The position numbers were made by a program, and so were the translations under genes. From Candidatus Bathyarchaeota archaeon (GTDB taxonomy: Archaea; Thermoproteota; Bathyarchaeia; 40CM-2-53-6), in assembly GCA_963833125.1 (NCBI GenBank), contig CAWHWX010000025.1:1-23133 (forward strand): a stretch of 23,133 nt of DNA, read 5' to 3'. A model generated the notes under the pieces. It was not told where the DNA came from and did not search any database. It saw only the letters and a list, made by a program, of their open reading frames with translations. Shown here one piece after another: positions 1 through 8,905 of the stretch (positions are counted from its first letter, which is position 1; each line of letters begins with the position of its first letter).

Positions 1-10
1 ATTAAGCGTC

Positions 11-51
11 CGAGCACCCCACAAGGGTGCCCGTACCCTCTTTCTCTTTTT
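11..51 (+). terminator. Putative terminator of an upstream gene (hairpin plus pyrimidine tract)
   Basis: GCACCC (14-19) pairs with GGGTGC (25-30) and is followed by TCTTTCTCTTTTT. A TAA lies at 3-5. Confidence 0.4.
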
Positions 52-153
52 CAAAACCAAGAAGAAAACTCCCTAAACGAAATCACAGATGAAAGATGAA
101 CAACCTTCGCAGAGTGACGTTTCAAGCGCTACAATGGGAAGAAGCCTGACCAA

Positions 154-2008
154 TTGAAAAATCGAGCCAGATCAGAATACGACAAGACACTTACCCGACT
201 CATCAATGAATTACGGCGCATTCATTCAAACCTGCTAGAAGCAGAAGAACGATTCGCTCAACTCATAGAGTCAACCGATCCCTCTTGGAGAGAGAGTGCT
301 CGAAACCTAGTTCACTATCTCGCGCTCAGGCGTTTCGACATGCGCGAGTTACAGGCTGACCTAGCCGAGATTGGTTTATCTTCACTTGGGCGAAGCGAAA
401 GCCACGTCCTGATCACCATTGAATCCGTTCTCAACATTCTCCTACGCCTGGCAGGCCAGGAACGGCTGCGCCCGGCCAAGCATCCTGCTCTGAAGTTCCA
501 AGAAGGCATGAGACTCCTCGAAGAACACACCCGGAAACTCCTAGGACGCAAACCGATCGCTAGGTCCGTACGCATAATGGTGACTGTACCCACTGAGGGT
601 GCTGACGACTACACATTTGTTCGTGATCTACTTGCCAGCGGCACCGATTGCGTCCGCATAAATTGCGCAAGAGACGATGCATCTGTCTGGCGTCGAATGG
701 TGCGTAATCTGCATCAAGCATCGAACGAACTCGGGAAGGATTGCAAAGTCGAGTTCGACTTGCCAGGACGCAAACTACGCACAGGCCAAATCAGACCTGG
801 ACCCCGTGTGATAAAATGGGGACCGAAGCGAGATGAGCTCGGACAGGCGATTCGCCCCGCACGAATTTGGTTAACCCCTTATGAACAACCAAGCATGCCC
901 GGCGACAACGCAGATGCATGGTTGCCCGTTCAAGGCGACTGGTTGGCAAGGCTGACAGTCGGTTCAGAGATTAGTTTAACCGATCTTCGCGGGAAAAAAC
1001 GAGTTCTAAAGGTCACAGAAGAAGTGGAGGAATCACGCTGGGCTGAAGCTCAGACTACCGCATACGTTGGCCCAGAGACTCTGCTGAGAACCAAACAGGA
1101 AACCGAATCTCAGCCGACTGAGAGCAGAATAGGCGACATAAAGCCGCTAGAAACTAGCATACTCCTTCAAGTCGGCGATAGGCTACTTCTGACGAGGAAC
1201 TCTGCGGCCGAATCAGACGGTCAAGTAGCTGAAGAATTATCGAAGATCGGGGGTCTCTCCCAGGAAGCCCTCGCGGGTCTGAAACCCGGTCAATCAATCT
1301 GGTTTGACGACGGCAAGATCGGTGGCATAATTGAAGCAAAGACGGAAGATAATGCGTGCGTCCGAATAACATACGCTAAACCGGGCGGATCGAAGCTAAG
1401 ATCCGACAGAGGAATTAATCTGCCTGACACTCCGATGAATGCGGACGCTCTTGGTCAGAAGGATATCGAAGCTCTATCAGTTGCAACCAAGTGCGCCGAT
1501 AGTGTGGCTCTCTCCTTTGCAAAAAATAGGGAAGATGTTGAAGCGCTGCTAAAACACCTCAAGAAGCTGAAGAGCCGCCGAATGGGGATCGTATTGAAGA
1601 TCGAAACTAGAGAAGGCTTCGAAAACCTTCCATCGATGCTGTTCGCAGCAATGCGATGGACAGATGCTGTTGGGGTGATGATAGCACGCTGGTGACCTCG
1701 CCGTCGAATGTGGTTATGAAAGGTTGGCTGAAGTGCAGGAAGAGATTCTATGGATCTGCGAAGCAGCCCACACGCCGGTCATTTGGGCGTCAGAAGTTCT
1801 CGAATCTCTAGCTAAGAAAGGCATGCCCTCAAGAGCTGAAATCACAGACGCCGCGATGGGTGTCCGCGCAGAGTGCGTGATGCTGAACAAAGGGCCATAC
1901 ATGGTGAAAGCCGTGAGTGCGCTCAACGACATACTGCGAAGAATGGAAACTCATCAAAGAAAGAAGACTTCGATGCTACGACAGTTGCATTCCTTAAACC
2001 TCAGCTAG
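154..2008 (+). CDS. pyk: Long-form (~617 aa) pyruvate kinase-family protein; one extra base at ~1690 splits it into ORFs 154-1695 and 1724-2008
   Basis: Motifs [37 protein letters not shown] and CVMLNKG are present. Removing one base at ~1690 restores [27 protein letters not shown]. The N-terminal extension [18 protein letters not shown] and the large central insertion mark the long subtype. Confidence 0.88.
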
Positions 2009-2020
2009 ACTAAGCATCAG

Positions 2021-2440
2021 TCATGTTGACTCGGTTTTGTTATCTTGGTAACGAAATGTTGGGTTTTCAAGTTGCTTCGACGCTAGATCCCAATCCACTG
2101 CTCCGTTCGCTGCATTCCATTCAACGAATGCTGCGCCTTCTCCTGCCCAAGCCGGAAAATTAGATATTGCGTCCGCATGCGGATGCATCTTCACGAAGTT
2201 CTCCATAGAATCTCTATCTCTCCATACAGAGAACGTCCAGAAACGCTTGTGCAGCAAATCAGTTTTGACTCCATATCTGACCAGTCCCTTCGACTGTTCC
2301 AGTTGCTTCTGCACCTTTCCAGTCAGCTGGAAGAATGGAATTATGTCCCACCAACTTCGGATGGGTAGTACGGTCGCGACGCAGACGAGTTCACGGGAAC
2401 CCTGTTCGCCTTCCACATCAACTGTTCTTTGCGGCGACAT
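2021..2440 (-). CDS. DUF3291 / antibiotic-biosynthesis-monooxygenase-like alpha-beta barrel protein
   Basis: 139 aa, with an FWTFSVWRDRDSMENFV..HPH pattern typical of ABM/DUF3291-like proteins. Confidence 0.65.
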   Translation of the reverse strand: MSPQRTVDVEGEQGSRELVCVATVLPIRSWWDIIPFFQLTGKVQKQLEQSKGLVRYGVKTDLLHKRFWTFSVWRDRDSMENFVKMHPHADAISNFPAWAGEGAAFVEWNAANGAVDWDLASKQLENPTFRYQDNKTEST

Positions 2441-2816
2441 ATCGGGACCTTAGTCCCTTAGGGCGAACATACTTAACAGATTTGGAACCATGCGAAGACA
2501 CTATTTAGTTTCTCCTTAAGGTGGAACAGTTCGTTTGCAGTTACGGTGTCGAGCAGTTTCCTCTCTGACAACCGTGATTGAACGGACAATATCGCGTTCG
2601 TTTTCAGAACGGGTGCATCTCAATGAAAACTTTGTATACGTTTTGTAATGAATGGATTACTGCGAATAGGAAAGCCGTATCGACACTCAGTGCTGCTAGA
2701 CCGGTTTCACTTGCATCCTATATCATAACGTGACTCGCGTGTTGTAGCGGATCGACCCGAGTTCTATGTGGGATTCGACTAAAAGTCCCCGTTCCGTATT
2801 GCGTTCGCGATGCAAG

Positions 2817-2978
2817 ATGAATACAGCAGAGATGCACCGATACCCAGTTGGAGTTTCAAGAAATAGTGACTCGGAATATTTTTCGCTTGAGGCGCTCGTT
2901 TGTGACAATTGCGGATTCTGGGCTTCCAATGAGGAGGTCTACCTGTATCATGTGGAAATTTGCTCGATTCCGGCATAG
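2817..2978 (+). CDS. Small C2HC zinc-finger protein (53 aa; alternative start 2766)
   Basis: CDNC-GFWASNEEVYLY-H-VEI-C gives C-x2-C-x12-H-x3-C spacing. Confidence 0.55.
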   Translation: MNTAEMHRYPVGVSRNSDSEYFSLEALVCDNCGFWASNEEVYLYHVEICSIPA

Positions 2979-2988
2979 GGAGAGGCGA

Positions 2989-3354
2989 TTGACATCCGAA
3001 GCTCCCAAAACCGTCCGTCGAGACAACTCAATGTATTCGTCGAGATCAACACTCAACGCTCAAGCTCCTACACCCCCGCCCGAAAAGAAGTCAATTAGCG
3101 GGTCTTGGTTAAGGATCTCCAAATTAGCCAGGGCGGTGGTCGTCGAACTTGGAAATAACTCAGAGATAGGCAACTACCACGTGTACAAGGCTCAGCCGCA
3201 GCATGTGCATGGATGGAATTCAGGAGAATCTCAGACGGATAAGCGGGATCATGGCCAGACGGCATCTATAATAGCTGATCCGTACGGGCTGATTGGTCGT
3301 TGGAGAACGAGAACGGATGGCAATTCTCCCGAATTACTTGCATCAAACCCTTGA
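2989..3354 (+). CDS. Hypothetical protein (121 aa)
   Basis: TTG start 10 nt after the zinc-finger stop, preceded by an SD-like GGAGAGG. No recognisable motif. Confidence 0.25.
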   Translation: MTSEAPKTVRRDNSMYSSRSTLNAQAPTPPPEKKSISGSWLRISKLARAVVVELGNNSEIGNYHVYKAQPQHVHGWNSGESQTDKRDHGQTASIIADPYGLIGRWRTRTDGNSPELLASNP

Positions 3355-3368
3355 TTTTCGAGCGGTGG

Positions 3369-3442
3369 TTTGCCGGTGCAGGTCGGCAAATTGATTTGCC
3401 ATATATAACGGAATAATGGCAATTCACATAGAGATATGTGAA
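3369..3442. promoter_or_regulatory. Three consecutive inverted repeats upstream of ppx (candidate operators or hairpins)
   Basis: TTTGCCG-N8-CGGCAAA (3369-3390), TTGCCAT-N13-ATGGCAA (3396-3422) and TTCACATA-N4-TATGTGAA (3423-3442). Confidence 0.45.
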
Positions 3443-3497
3443 GAAACTATAGCTTACGAACTTTTGATAAGGCAAGAGGTCAGGCATATTGTTCCCC

Positions 3498-3503
3498 TTT
3501 AAG
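3498..3503 (+). promoter_or_regulatory. Putative TATA box for a leaderless ppx-operon transcript
   Basis: TTTAAG lies 21-26 nt upstream of ATG 3524. Confidence 0.4.
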
Positions 3504-3523
3504 GTGCAACAGAGGTTCAAAGT

Positions 3524-5035
3524 ATGCCCAAGCTTGCCGCAATCGATGTTGGTTCGAACGCGATGCGGCTCGCTATTGCGTCAGCTGATGATGATGGCCG
3601 AATTCACATAATCCAGACAGATCGCGAGGCTGTCCGCTTAGGTGAAGATGTATTCGCGAGTGGCGAGATATCCGATGCTCGCCTTGTTGAAGCGATGAAT
3701 GCGTTTCTCAAATTTCGGAAATTGATTAATCAGCATAATGTCAAGTCGGTGAGGGCAGTTGGGACCAGCGCGCTAAGGGAAGCTAGGAACCGAGAGTATT
3801 GCATTGGGCAAATTTCCAAGGTCACAGAGATAGCTATAGATGTAATCAGCCCAGAGGAGGAAGCTCGCCTAGTCTACGTAGCTGTATCAAGAACCCTTAG
3901 GCTTGAAGGAAAAGTTGCACTTCTCGTTGATGTTGGCGGCGGCAGCGTGGAGGTTAGCCTCGCAACGGAACGTGAGATAATTGCTACTGAGAGCTTCGGG
4001 ATTGGTACTGTAAGGCTACTACAAATGCTCGACCACCGGAAACGCGGAGACAGAGTTTTCCGGCAACTTGCCCGCGAATACATCAACGTTTCCGGAACCC
4101 GACTCAGGAAGGAAATTGGCGAACACGCCATAGATCTCTGCATCGCGACGGGAGGCAATGTTGAATCACTCGGAGATCTTCGCGTGCAATTGTGTGACGC
4201 CGACAGCGACACTTCAATTTCATTGGATGAACTCGACTCGATTCTCAAACAATTGCAATCAAGGTCGTACGAAGAAAGGGTCAAAGATTTCGGGCTTCGA
4301 CCCGACAGAGCTGACGTCATCATCCCAGCCATAATAGTGCTCCAAATTGTGGCGAAGGAGGCGAAGATTCAAGAAATCGAGATTCCTCGGGTTGGGGTCA
4401 GAGAAGGACTACTCATCGACATGGCACGGGGTTTAGGCCGCGACTCGGGTCCACCTGATAGAATTCAGCTCGTCACGTCGGCGAGGCTTTTGGGAAGAAA
4501 ATATGATTATGAGGCCGAACATGCACAAACTGTTGCAAGATTTGCTGTTGCTCTGTTTGACGCGACCAAGAAACTCCACAGATTAGGTACGACCGAACGA
4601 ACTTTCCTTGAGGTCGCCGCACTCCTTCACGACATAGGATATTACATTGGGACGTACAATCACCACAAGAATTCGTGGTATCTCATCAACGCATCACCAC
4701 TAGTAGGAGTGGATGACTCCGATAAGGGAATCATCGCCCTAGTAACCCGTTACCACAGTCGTTCCTTCCCCAAGCCGAGTCACAAGGAGTTTATGGATCT
4801 ACCGCCGAAACGACGGAGGACTGTTGTAAAGTTGGCCAGTATTCTTCGATTAGCGGAGGCGCTGGATCGTGAACACTCCGGTAGAATCGAAAGTGTGAAG
4901 GTCACGGTGAGGAAGAAGAAGGTAATCTTGTTGCTTAAAGGCAAGGGAGACTTATTGCTTGAAAGGTGGGCGTTGAATTACGGGTCTCGCCTCTTCGAGA
5001 AGACCTACAAGAAGAAGATAGTGATCACGATATGA
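3524..5035 (+). CDS. ppx: Ppx/GppA exopolyphosphatase with C-terminal HD domain
   Basis: Motifs AAIDVGSN, AVGTSALREA, EEARL, DVGGGSVE, GTVRL, RADVI and GVREG, plus the HD motif ALLHDIG. 503 aa. Confidence 0.95.
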   Translation: MPKLAAIDVGSNAMRLAIASADDDGRIHIIQTDREAVRLGEDVFASGEISDARLVEAMNAFLKFRKLINQHNVKSVRAVGTSALREARNREYCIGQISKVTEIAIDVISPEEEARLVYVAVSRTLRLEGKVALLVDVGGGSVEVSLATEREIIATESFGIGTVRLLQMLDHRKRGDRVFRQLAREYINVSGTRLRKEIGEHAIDLCIATGGNVESLGDLRVQLCDADSDTSISLDELDSILKQLQSRSYEERVKDFGLRPDRADVIIPAIIVLQIVAKEAKIQEIEIPRVGVREGLLIDMARGLGRDSGPPDRIQLVTSARLLGRKYDYEAEHAQTVARFAVALFDATKKLHRLGTTERTFLEVAALLHDIGYYIGTYNHHKNSWYLINASPLVGVDDSDKGIIALVTRYHSRSFPKPSHKEFMDLPPKRRRTVVKLASILRLAEALDREHSGRIESVKVTVRKKKVILLLKGKGDLLLERWALNYGSRLFEKTYKKKIVITI

Positions 5036-6615
5036 GTTCGTCAGAGCAGAACCCTCTGCCCGGAAAACTAATCGCAGTAGAAGGTATTGACGGGTCGGGA
5101 AAATCCACTCAGATCTATCTTCTCCGCCGATGGCTTGAGTTAGAACGCTACAAGGTTATTTTCACCGAATGGAATTCATCATCTCTGGTCAAGAAGGCGA
5201 CACGGAAGGGAAAGAAGAAACGCCTTCTGACGCCAACGACATTTTCTCTGATCCATTGTACTGACTTTGCAGACAGGTATGAGAGACAAATTCTGCCGTT
5301 GTTACGAGCCGGCTACCTTGTACTTGCCGACCGCTACGTATACACGGCGTTCGTTCGTGATGTGGTTCGTGGATGCGATGCGGAATGGGTAAGGAATCTA
5401 TACAGTTTCGCCCGACACCCAGACGTCACATTCTTCTTTGATGTCCCATTGGAGACGGCTCTCTCGCGGATTCTAGAAGGCCGCCCGGAGTTGAAGTATC
5501 ATGAGGCCGGCATGGACCTCGATCTGTCCCCCGATCCCTATGAAAGCTTCCGAAGATTTCAAGGTATGCTGAACAACGAATACCACAACATCGCCACGAA
5601 GTACAACTTCATAGTAATAGATGCAAGCCGCCCCCCCGACGATCAGCAACAATCAGTCCGCGATTTTGTTAACCAGCGAATAGATCTATCAAAACATAAG
5701 GCGAAGGGACCACTGCCGTTTCCACCTGGACTCCTCGCGGCTCGCTTCCCGGAACAGAAGTTTAAGAGTGCTCTAGGAGAGGCGCCTCAAGGGAAACCGC
5801 TGCAAACCGTGGCTCCCGCTAATGATGTGCTGACATTAGCGGATGCTGGAGACGTGACATTTCCATTCCAGATTAATGGGTCTGAAAAGCATTTCTTTGG
5901 CAAAGGTCTTCCTAAAGTCAACCTCGCACAACTCAAGGGAAAACTGCTCGTCGTCGAAGGGTCAGATGGATCTGGAAGATCTACACAGATCGATCTATTG
6001 CACAAACATCTGGAAGTTCTCGGCTATCCGACAATAGACGTCGGTCTAAAACGGTCACGTCTCGTATCCGGGAGTTGCAGGAAGCTCTTCTGGGGAATAC
6101 GCTAAGCCCTGTGACAATGACCCTCTTTTATACGACCGACTTTGCGGATCAGCTCGAGAATAACATCCTTCCCGCCCTGAAGGCTGGTTTCATAGTCCTT
6201 GCTGACCGCTACATCTACACGTTGATGGCCCGTGAAGTCGTCCGGGGGATGAGTAGGGAGTGGGTTCAGAAAATGTACAGTATTGCCTTGGTTCCCGATG
6301 CTGTATTCTACCTCGCTGTCAGCCCCCGCATTCTCGCGGAACGCAACCTCATGAAGAGCGGATTGCTCGACTTCTGGGAATCGGGAATGGACATTCGCCG
6401 TTCGGGGGACATGTACCAATGCTTCGTCGATTATCAACGAAAAATGCGCAGCAGAATTCCAACGCATGGCCTTGGACTACAAATTCGAAACCATTAACGG
6501 AAACAGATCCCCCCTGGCTATACACCGAGAACTGAGATCCAAGGTCGAAAAAGTTCTTTCCAGATTACCCCCGATTGAGACTCATCACGATAAGGAGCCT
6601 GCACCCAGCAGTTGA
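5032..6615 (+). CDS. Tandem thymidylate-kinase-fold fusion protein (~527 aa), probable family-3 polyphosphate kinase; two compensating indels at ~6071 and ~6450
   Basis: Domain 1 has VEGIDGSGKST and VLADRY. Domain 2 has VEGSDGSGRST and VLADRY. The ATG overlaps the ppx stop (ATGA 5032-5035). Restoring a G in GGG 6070-72 and removing one base at ~6450 gives LVSGELQEA...KMRAEFQRMALDYKFETINGNRSPLAIHRELRSKV, ending at TGA 6615 which overlaps the next TTG. Confidence 0.8.
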
Positions 6616-8302
6616 AAAAAAGAAAGAGTTCGATAAGAAAGAAACAGGTCCCGCAAACTCGCAGAGCCCCGACGCCGCGCAGATTGAGCCGCTCAAGAAG
6701 AATATTGCAAAATAAATCCCTGGTGATAGGTAAATCGAGGAAAAGGCAACCCAAACCCGGACGCGTTCGACAAAAGCCCTCCAAAAAACCAAAACCCAAA
6801 CCAAGACTGAGACCAAAAACAACACAGAAACCGAAACCGGATTTGAAACCTGTAAGGCCTGTCGCTCTCAAGAAAGCCCCCAAACGCACAGTCGCTGTGA
6901 AGGCACTCATTCGACGAACGTCCGGCGGGGGTAGGGACGTCCTGAATTTCATTATTCTAGCCCTAGACAAGCGATGGAACGATTACCTAGCAAGTTTGAA
7001 GCGCTATCAGCAGCTAGCTTCGGTTAAGAATGTCCACGATCTCCGCGTTAGCATTAGACGCCTCACCACAACCATAGATTTGATCGATAGATTCAATCCG
7101 GATAACGTAGTCCGGCAGGCTCGCGTCAAACTCAAGGACCAACTCCAAGAGCTAAGTGTTCTTCGAGACGTTCACATCGAAATGGTTAGGATGCGTGGTT
7201 TTCTGAAAGAACTACCCGAGACGAAGGAGTTCTACGACGAGCTACGTGACAAGGAAACCAAGTATCTAAAGTCCGCCGATAAGATCCCCTGGAAATCGGA
7301 TAGAAGATTCATTGAGAACGCCGTCAACAGAGCTAGGATTAGACTCAACGCCGGCGCGCCACTACTACGACAGAGAATTCTCGCAGAATAGTTGACGCCG
7401 CGTTAGACGTTTCTTTTGATAACTTGAGCAAGAAACTCGAAGATGTTACGCCCGCGGATTATGCCTCGATTCATAGAGTCCGGCTTGCCTTCAAGCCACT
7501 GCGGTATACAATCGAAATGCTGCAGCCAGTGGTGGGACTGGATAGCCGGCAGCTTAGAACCGCCACACTTCTCGCCCGACTAATGGGACAAATTCAGGAT
7601 CTCGAGGTTCTCATGAAAGATCTAGTTGAGTTCAGATGGAAAAAAGGAAATGTGCCTGGTGCGGTAGTAGAGATATGGTTGGACCTCGAACGACGGAAAA
7701 TGGAAGCGACCCAACGCTTTCTAAGATCTATTCCAAAATTCGGTAACATCTGGAAGCCAGTTATTCATGAACAAACAGGCGCAGCATCCTCAGCTTCCAA
7801 GACAATATTCATTCTTCGGCATGGGATAGCTGTTACTCGTGGCGATGCAGCTTACCCGTTGGATTCGGATCGACCTCTAACCATGAAGGGTATGAAGAGG
7901 CTTCGTCGGATCGCCAAAGGCTTGCGTCACTTGAATGTTCAGTTTGACTTGATCCTGACGAGCCCGTATAGGCGAGCTTTGGAGACGGCGTTCGTCGTCG
8001 GGCGCGAGTACGGAGTGGGACAGATAATTCAAACCTCACAGGCGCTTAGACCCGAGGTACTTCCGGAGGAAGCCATCAGAGCAGTGCAAGAGAAATACTC
8101 GCCGTGCCGGCGCTTGCTCTTGGTGGGACACGAACCTCAGCTGAGTGCGTTGATCTCAACCTTGACAACGGGAAGCGCAAGCGCGAGGCCAGTGCTTAAG
8201 AAGGGAAGCGTTTGCAAGCTTCAAGTAGAGAAATTGCAAATGGGTAAGTGCGCAACCCTGATCTGGCTGCTCACTCCAAGGCAACTGATCAACATCGCCT
8301 AA
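6612..8302 (+). CDS. sixA: Fusion of a basic N-terminal tail, a CHAD (polyphosphate-binding) domain and a SixA-type phosphohistidine phosphatase (~563 aa); one missing base at ~7351
   Basis: CHAD repeats are VHDLRVSIRRL/LSVLRDVHI and IHRVRLAFKPLRY/MGQIQDLEV. SixA motifs are RHG, DSDRPLT, TSPYRRALETA, LVGHEP and LIWLLTP. Adding a C at 7351-52 joins ORFs 6612-7391 and 7424-8302. Confidence 0.85.
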
Positions 8303-8311
8303 GACCGACAC

Positions 8312-8470
8312 TCACAAAGACGAAAGGACAAGGCTCAGATTGAAGTAGAGCCCAGCAAGGCTCGCTGGAGCCAAAACTCCTTTGCTCATAACTGTGGCGA
8401 AACCCCAGCAGGCCGCGGCGAGCACAATGAAAACAAAGATTCGCAAATTCCGCAGTGGCTTCGCTCTCAT
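8312..8470 (-). pseudogene. 52-aa remnant resembling an internally deleted EamA/DMT transporter
   Basis: MRAKPLRNLRIFVFIVLAAACWGFATVMSKGVLAPASLAGLYFNLSLVLSSL. The first helix resembles EamA TM1 (LAAACWG..V.SK) and the second resembles the ASxAG..NL segment. Confidence 0.5.
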
Positions 8471-8512
8471 TAGACTGTTTATCTGGGGCTTGGTAGCGGA
8501 TGAGGAGTTTCC

Positions 8513-8905
8513 CTAACCTTTCTTGAGCAATTCCATGATTTTGTTCTGAATCTCGCTTGCTATCTTCCTGACTTCCTCAATCTTCTTTCCCTTCGGGTCT
8601 TCGATGTGCCAATCTACGAGCTTCTTCTCCATCTGTTCAACCATGGGCTTAGGGCAGACTTCTTGGACGGAGCAACCCATAGTCACAATTAGGTCTGCTT
8701 CATTGATCATTTCTTCCGTAAGCATCTTCGGTTTACCAGGAAGAGGGATGTTCTTCTCTTGCATTACTTGAACGACGGTTGGGTTCACTTTCTCGGCTGG
8801 GACGGTTCCTGCGCTCGTCGCTTCTATTCCGTACGCCCTGCCGAAGGCTTCAGCCATCTGGCTTCTTCCTGCATTTTCCACGCAGACAAACAATACTTTT
8901 TTTAT
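8513..8905 (-). CDS. arsC: Arsenate reductase, LMW-PTPase fold
   Basis: CVENAGRSQMAEA P-loop, SAGT, TMGC..VCP and DW.IEDPKG. The frame extends to (ATA)KKVLFVC at 8905, and the first standard start is TTG 8893. Confidence 0.88.
   Translation of the reverse strand: MKKVLFVCVENAGRSQMAEAFGRAYGIEATSAGTVPAEKVNPTVVQVMQEKNIPLPGKPKMLTEEMINEADLIVTMGCSVQEVCPKPMVEQMEKKLVDWHIEDPKGKKIEEVRKIASEIQNKIMELLKKG

Noticed and set aside
4966-5031. GTG start at 4966 given in the ORF track
   Set aside because: It overlaps 70 nt of ppx. The ATG at 5032 forms a standard ATGA overlap.
5032-6615. Calling the P-loop ORFs housekeeping thymidylate kinase (tmk)
   Set aside because: The tandem domains, the K-to-R Walker A in domain 2 and coupling to ppx and CHAD argue for a polyP role. 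The gene symbol is withheld.
6770-6850. AAACC-rich quasi-repeat as a DNA repeat or array
   Set aside because: It is explained by Lys-Pro codons in the basic tail and has no repeat-spacer structure.
6060-7360. Programmed ribosomal frameshifting in the polyP operon
   Set aside because: There are no slippery heptamers at the shift sites, the directions are mixed, and similar indels occur in unrelated genes.
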